From Heteronotia binoei (taxonomy: Eukaryota): a DNA stretch of 64,000 bases. The stretch is from assembly GCF_032191835.1 (NCBI RefSeq), contig NC_083224.1, positions 58,094,001 to 58,158,000 of the forward strand, read 5' to 3'. Positions 57,981-64,000 of the stretch are shown here, piece by piece. A model generated the notes under the pieces. It was not told where the DNA came from, searched no databases, and worked only from the letters and a program-made list of their open reading frames with translations. Numbering within the stretch: the stretch's first letter is position 1; each line of letters begins with the position of its first letter. A program made the position numbers and the translations under genes.

Positions 57981-60900
57981 GGGAGGGAATCTGCAGAAGA
58001 CTCGGAGCTGCTTGTTCTGCACCTGGCAAAAAAAAAGAAAGAAAAAAGACCTGACATATAGCCTTGCGGGATGTCTTCAGCACTAGAGTATTTTAAAGCC
58101 CTAACAGAAAGTGCTGTCCTGCACACAGTAACGCCCTTCTAAGCCCACTGACTTCACTAGAAGTTAGAACGGTTCCGTTGTCACTCTGTTTAGGATTGCA
58201 AGACAGGCTGAGTCTGAGCATGCGAAGGGTGCCTTCAGCTCGCCTCACTACTGAGCAACCTGAATCTGAGACTGAGAGTAGGGAGGAAGGGTCATTTCCT
58301 GTCCCCCCCCCCCCCCCCGCCCTAAATTCTGCTTCCTCAGGGCAAGGAGACTTGTGCTCTCATTACTGCGATTAAGTGTGCACCTATGACAGTTGTTTCA
58401 TTGTGGGTTCCTGAGAGCTCCAGGAGTAGTTATGAAGCAGAACCCCCTCTAGACAGTCACGACAGGCAAGATTTTCTGATAGTTTGCCCACCATTAATCT
58501 TAGTAAGTACTGGGTGTATTGAAGTACTGAGTGTACTGTTTTAGTATACTCTGTGTTCGTGCCATATGATGACCCTGAGGCCATTCAACAGGAACCTGAA
58601 GTCTCCAATAGCTGAGTGTGAGCCTTAGAACATGCCCCAGAATTTTCTGCAGCACTGGTCTGTGTCAGTTGCCTGTGAAGGGTGAAATTATGTGGGTAAG
58701 GCTTTTTCAAGGGACAGGTTGAACACCACTGACTGTACACCACATGGAAGAACTCCTGGTAGAAGTGGAGCTTCCATCCTCTGGGCCTTACAGCTGACTT
58801 TCAAGATGTGAGATAGTCCCCCCCCGCCCCGTTTTGTAAGGACTTTTTGCTTTGCAGATGATTACATCTGCAGTATGGGTTTCTACACATTACTCTGTAC
58901 ATATGCTTGGGATTTGTGGTGGGACACACCAATAAAACAACCAGAGAACCAGCGTGGTGTAGCAGTTGTGTTGTACTATGATCTAGGAACCCCAGGTTGA
59001 ATTGGAACTTGCTGGATGATCTTGTCCTAGTCACTGCTGCTCAACCTAATCCACTTCAGAGGGTTGTGAGGATAAAATGGAATAACGGGAAATGGTGTGA
59101 GATGACATGACCTTGGTGTAAAGGGAGAATTAAAATGAAGAAGTGAATAATAAAAATGTAGTACATAAAGAACCAAATGCCAAAAGTGGTAATCACCATG
59201 TGGATAATTCAGAGCAGGAGCAGCAACTAGTAAGAATCTAGTAGTGTGCTAGGGCCAAAGCACACATGCATTGTATTGTTCCCTTATAGAGCTAAGAACA
59301 ACAGTGGGTGTGAGTGTGATTGAAATACTGGAAATAGCACCCATGCTCATGCTCTGATCACACTTGTGGAATTGGCTAAACTGATGAAGTTTAAGAAAAC
59401 CTGGAAAAAACATTCTTACATAAAATATCAATAGATTTCTTGTCCTCTACATACTCTGATTAGAACTGGAAGATCACAAATTAGATCATTTCAGATTGCA
59501 GTAGAATTGCAGTTAATGAGGAAATACCACTGAAAGTCTCACAGCAAATCTATATAAAAGATGCACTGCATCACCTTGTTGTATGAAGAAAAGTTATATC
59601 TTCAGTACATTATATCTTGGAGCTGTGGAAAATCTCTGGGAGAATTTTTGCACGTTTAACCCTGTATACTTGTGATTGAGCTTTCTGCACATTTGTAAAT
59701 ATAATAAACATTGGATGTTACAGTAGCAAAAAAATTAAAAATAATAATTAGAAACTCTTCCAAATGGTATTTTCTAGTTTCACTGCCCATTAAAGGATGG
59801 CTATGCAAAGTCTGGAAGGTTTCGGAAATTTCAGCCTGTGATATTTAAAAGGAAAGATTGACAGATCTAGTACTTGCTCTCTCACATCACACGTGGCTTG
59901 GCCTTTGAAACATGCTTTCGCCACTGGAATGTCACTGCTAAATCAATCCTGGAATCCAAGGAAATCAGAAAATAGTCTGTCAGGAACTTTTTTTTATAAT
60001 CCACTGGGTATTTTTGAGCATGCTCCATTGACATGAATGGGACCTGCAGAATAGTCAGATGTGCACAGCGGAAGCTTCTGGTGGCAGTTTCACTCAGTAG
60101 CTGTTGTGGCTGCCACCATCAGACCATGCCTTATATTCCAGTTTCTTGGGCACCATTATGCCTCTTGCAAGCCAGTGAAAACACAGCTACTTATATTTGG
60201 GGACTTCCCCCCTTTTCCTGACACTTCTTATTTTTCCCATTGCCTGTTTGTGAAGGTTCTGTGAAAATTAGGGTTACCAGCTACCAGGATAACATAATGT
60301 CCTCTCCCTTTAATAAAGGTTTTAATGTCAAAATGGGCAGATGAAGTTTTTAATGGCATGGAAGTGAACAACATCAGCTGGTAAATAATACCCCATTGAG
60401 CCTTTATTAAAGAAACAGGACGTTTTCTTTTCTCTAGGTTGTTGGCAACTGTCATGTAAATTATTTTATCTGTGGCCTTTTCTCTAACCACATAATTATG
60501 TTAAACATATAATTAGAGTGAATTTTTTTAAAAAGCTATTTGGCATTGTTCTCTGCCTTATTGAGTACATTCAGTTGCAAGAAACATTGGTGGTGAAACA
60601 TAAGAACATATATTGGATTGGACCAATGGACCATCTAGTCCTAAACCTGGGATGTAATGTTGACCTTTTTTGCCCTCATTCTTTGGTGATATTTCATTTG
60701 ATTGTGTAACTGTTTTATGAGTTTTATAGTTGTTTATCTTATATCCCAGAAAAGTTTAAAAAAATTTTGGTATGGAATGATATGTATATATGAATTTTCT
60801 CTGGCTTCCTCCTTTCCACTCTTAGTTTGTATGCAAACCTGGAGTTGTTTCCCCCTCCTTCAGGAAAAGAGGGGGCAGTAGAAGTTTTTCCCCTGTGGTA

Positions 60901-61485
60901 TGAAGTACCGGTAGATTCCAAAACATTCCATAGAAGGGAAATTTCTGCTGAAAACTGAGTCGTAATGTTGACCCTTTCTACCTTGATTCTTTGTTGATAT
61001 TTCCCTTGACTGTAAAAGTCTTTGTTTTTATGAATTTTACTGTTAAAATTTAAACTACATCCTAGATTACTTTGGTTCCCCCCCCCCATTTTGTGGAACA
61101 ATATGTATGTGACAGATTCTAAATAAATTCTATTTCAGTTTTTAAAAATATAATTATACTATAGAACCATACCACTTCACAATCCATGAAGTGGCAGATG
61201 ATATATTTGCTGTATGTTTAAAGCTTCTGAATTGAGAATATGTCATGGAAGAAGTGAAAATGGAATGCACTAGTATCTGTGCACTTGTTTTTACTTAATT
61301 ATCTTGGTGTTCTATAGTTGAAGGCAGTTTAATGTGTTACAGCTTCCCAGCTGATATTAAACAGTTCATATCTAACAATTTGTAACTTCTGTCCCACAGC
61401 TTCCACAGCATATGGGAGAGGATGGAACTTGTATTTCCCCTGTTATTTTTATGATGGCAGAGGAAAAGAATCCTTTATTTTTCAG

Positions 61486-61535
61486 GGTGCCCCATGCCAA
61501 GGCCTGAGCAGGCAGATTACCTCCAGCTCAAGAGA
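61486..61535 (+). CDS. Possible second coding exon of the downstream gene (GCPMPRPEQADYLQLKR)
   Basis: tttatttttcag acceptor, GTATGT donor, open in phase 1; no homology recognised. Confidence 0.3.
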
Positions 61536-62122
61536 GTATGTGTGTTTTGCCACAGCCGGTTGCTTTCTGTTTGTAACAGTAGCCTCTTGCAGACAGAGAG
61601 TAACCTAATCCAGTCATGTGATTGTGCTTTAAGTCTGTATATAGTCTCTTTTCAACCTTTCAGACTTTACTTAAGGACTTTAAAGGTCTTTCCAGATAAT
61701 GGTTTCAAAAAGACATGTTTTTATCCTTAGTAGTAATATTATCCCAGTCAGCCCACAATATCCAATCACCATATAGTGTATGTATGTGGAGAGTAGATAT
61801 TGCTGCAGTGGCACAGTTTTGCTGCTGTTCAAAACATATTTAAATAGAAATGTTTTTCCAGTGTGAAAGAATAAACAGCCAACATTTTTAAAAATGCAAA
61901 TAAAAAAGAATGTGAGGTTCATGTCTGTCACTAAGGCTCAAACCACGCATGATTGAAGGCAGATTCCTTGTTTAATCCTGGGTCTACCCCAGTTAGAAAT
62001 AAAGCAAGAAGTGGAATCTGGTTTTTAGAACAAAAAAGTGGGGAACCACAAAAAACGTGTGGGAAAAGGCATTCCCCTGCCCTTGCTTGTTTCCCTCTCT
62101 GTTAAAGTTCCCTCCTCTCATT

Positions 62123-62338
62123 TTAGGATTGTCTGGTCTGTGTTGGAAAATACCTGGAGACTTTGGGGTGGATCTGGGAGAAGGGAGGGTTTGGGGAGGG
62201 GAGGGGCCTCAACATGGTACAATGCCATAGAGTCCACCCTTCAAGTAGCCATTTTCTCCAGGGGAGCTGATCTCTGCCAGCTGGAGATCAGTTGTAAAAG
62301 TGGAAGATCCCAGGCCCCACCTGAAGGCTGGCATCCCA
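62123..62338. mobile_element. Degenerate hAT MITE (TAGGGTTGCC-related)
   Basis: taggattgtc...ggctggcatccca termini and gagactttggggtgg motif. Confidence 0.6.
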
Positions 62339-63034
62339 TCTCTCTTTCTGACCCCATGCCTTGTCTATATCAGTATTACTTCAACCTCTTCTCCCCTCTC
62401 CCCTTGTATGTCTATCTGCCCTTCTCTTACTCCCAGCCCCCCTTCACAATCTGCCACTCTCTTTCCCATCTATTTCTCTCCACAGACAATCTCTCACTTC
62501 TTTCCCCCTCCCTCAGACAATCCCCATCGTTCTCTCCCCCCCCCCCCGACAATCCCCCCCTTCTTTCTCTTCTCCTCTTCTTATTCCTTACCTTTGATCC
62601 TAATGTCGGTGCCTGGAAACCACTGCAAGCCTGGAGCAGCTGCCATGGAGTCTGGACCTGGACCATCTACTGGCATCCACTGTGGCTGGACCCAGAGCCT
62701 CTCTGAGTATCTGCCAGTGCTGCCAGGTCCAAAACCTCTCCCAGCATCTACCATTGCTGCTGAGCCCATAGTAGCTCCCAGTGTTTGCTTCTGCTGTTCC
62801 CAGAGTAGCTCCCTGGTATGCTACAGCTCTGGCCAGCCCCTGCTACCTTCTGCAGCCAGACTCAGTGACACTTCCTGTGTTCTGCCACTGCAGTTGGGCC
62901 CAGCAGTGGCTCCAGGGCTCTGGCACTGTGGCATCAGGCCAAAAGCAGTACAAATATGTAATCAATATATACGGCTTTAGCGATGCTAGAAATATATGAA
63001 AGTGCTTTTGAGAAATAATCTTCTATAAGCAGTT

Positions 63035-63535
63035 TGTAGCAAAGGAGTGTTAGCTTGCAGAGAGAAAAGGGAACTGTGAAGGGTCATTGACCTTTCTAAA
63101 CCGCAGGGTGAAAGCGGTGGAAAGAAGCCTAAAAGGAACCGTGACAGGTGCTGGAAATGGAGCAAGAAGATGTGTGTGTGTGGGTGAAATGTTTCTAGAA
63201 AAAGGGAACAAGGGTTTACAGAAGCCCTAACAGGGGCCCAGAAAGCTGAAAAACAACCCGAAATGTGATTAAAATGTGACGTAGGCACCTTCCCACAAGA
63301 AGGAGAACATGAGTGTTTTGAGTTGGCAGTTGGGGTGAAGAAACCCAATAAAAGGCGGCAGGCAACTGTAATTCGCTGCTCAGAGTTTAGAGTCCAGACT
63401 CTCTCTCTGATGCCCGTGTATAGAGCGCTTATGCACGTTAAATAAAGAAGCTGTTTTCCTGATTCCTCGTTTCCGCGGCCTCCGTTATTGATCCGGCAGA
63501 AATTGGTAATGTATGAATAGGTTTTCCCCGCAACA
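63035..63535 (+). mobile_element. 5' LTR of an endogenous retrovirus / LTR retrotransposon
   Basis: TG...CA ends (tgtagc...gcaaca), aataaaagg TATA-like motif near 63347, aataaa near 63440, immediately followed by a PBS. Left boundary could be 63048. Confidence 0.8.
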
Positions 63536-63540
63536 TAATT

Positions 63541-63556
63541 TGGTGCATTGGGCCGG
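63541..63556 (+). other. Primer-binding site complementary to tRNA-Gly
   Basis: tggtgcattgggccgg vs the reverse complement of the tRNA-Gly 3' end (TGGTGCATTGGCCGGGAA), 5 nt after the LTR end. Confidence 0.8.
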
Positions 63557-64000
63557 TTTGGGGCCTTCAGCCCCTTTCTATTAGCCTGGCCGACTGCGGC
63601 TGCTGGCTGGTGGGACTGGAGCAACGGTAGTGGCCACCGGCCCTGTTTTGGGCTGACCGTCCTCAGTCTCCCCCGTCGCCGGCTGCCTTCGACCACGCCT
63701 AATCGACCTAGCGGAACGGGGCAACAGGAACCAGCCCTGCTTAGAAGACCCCGGGGCGTGAGTCTTGAACCCCAACCTAGTACCTTGACCACAAGGGCGT
63801 GGCAACTTTTTTTTGGACCTTGTGCTCAACGTAGCTTTCTTTTACGTATAATAGCCTGACTGCAGTAATGAACCTCTCCGTGATGGTCGGGTAGGTGACC
63901 ATACCGGGTCGCCTGACAGCCCACCTCCGGTGAGGGGCGGGCAGGAACACCCCGCTTCAGCAGCACTCGCAGGACCCACAGAGCGGGATGGGACACAGTC

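Noticed and set aside
57487-58126. Long ORFs on both strands across the CpG island
   Set aside because: Stop-poor GC-rich DNA; only the 61-bp ATG-to-donor segment has exon features.
63891-63905. hAT TIR (taggtgaccata)
   Set aside because: Lies in the ERV leader after the PBS and overlaps a retroviral-type splice donor; no partner TIR or TSD seen.

Overview
Vertebrate (squamate, gecko-like repeat content) genomic window. Left end: 5' part of KLHL12 on the minus strand (two coding exons plus a candidate non-coding exon 1 in a CpG island near 9.7-10.8 kb). Centre: a 15-coding-exon plus-strand gene (ATG 26015 to stop 54787) that I assembled by hand into one intact 837-aa ORF. Its architecture is signal peptide + Vps62/DUF946-like repeat domain (5 exons) + GH18 chitinase fold with a destroyed catalytic motif (DGIELHFK instead of DxxDxDxE) + 19 x 6-aa mucin-like repeats + two CBM14 chitin-binding domains, with a decayed third CBM14 in the 3'UTR. 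This chimeric chitinase-like lectin is the main discovery candidate. Right end: CpG-island first exon (signal-peptide-like) of an unidentified gene, and the 5' LTR/tRNA-Gly PBS/leader of an endogenous retrovirus. The rest is dense in mobile elements: a full-length L1 with TSDs inserted in a ~155-bp tandem array, many hAT MITEs with 8-bp TSDs (often nested, some with long internal hairpins), CR1, L2, Penelope remnants with hammerhead-ribozyme motifs, and tRNA-, 5S- and Sauria-type SINEs.
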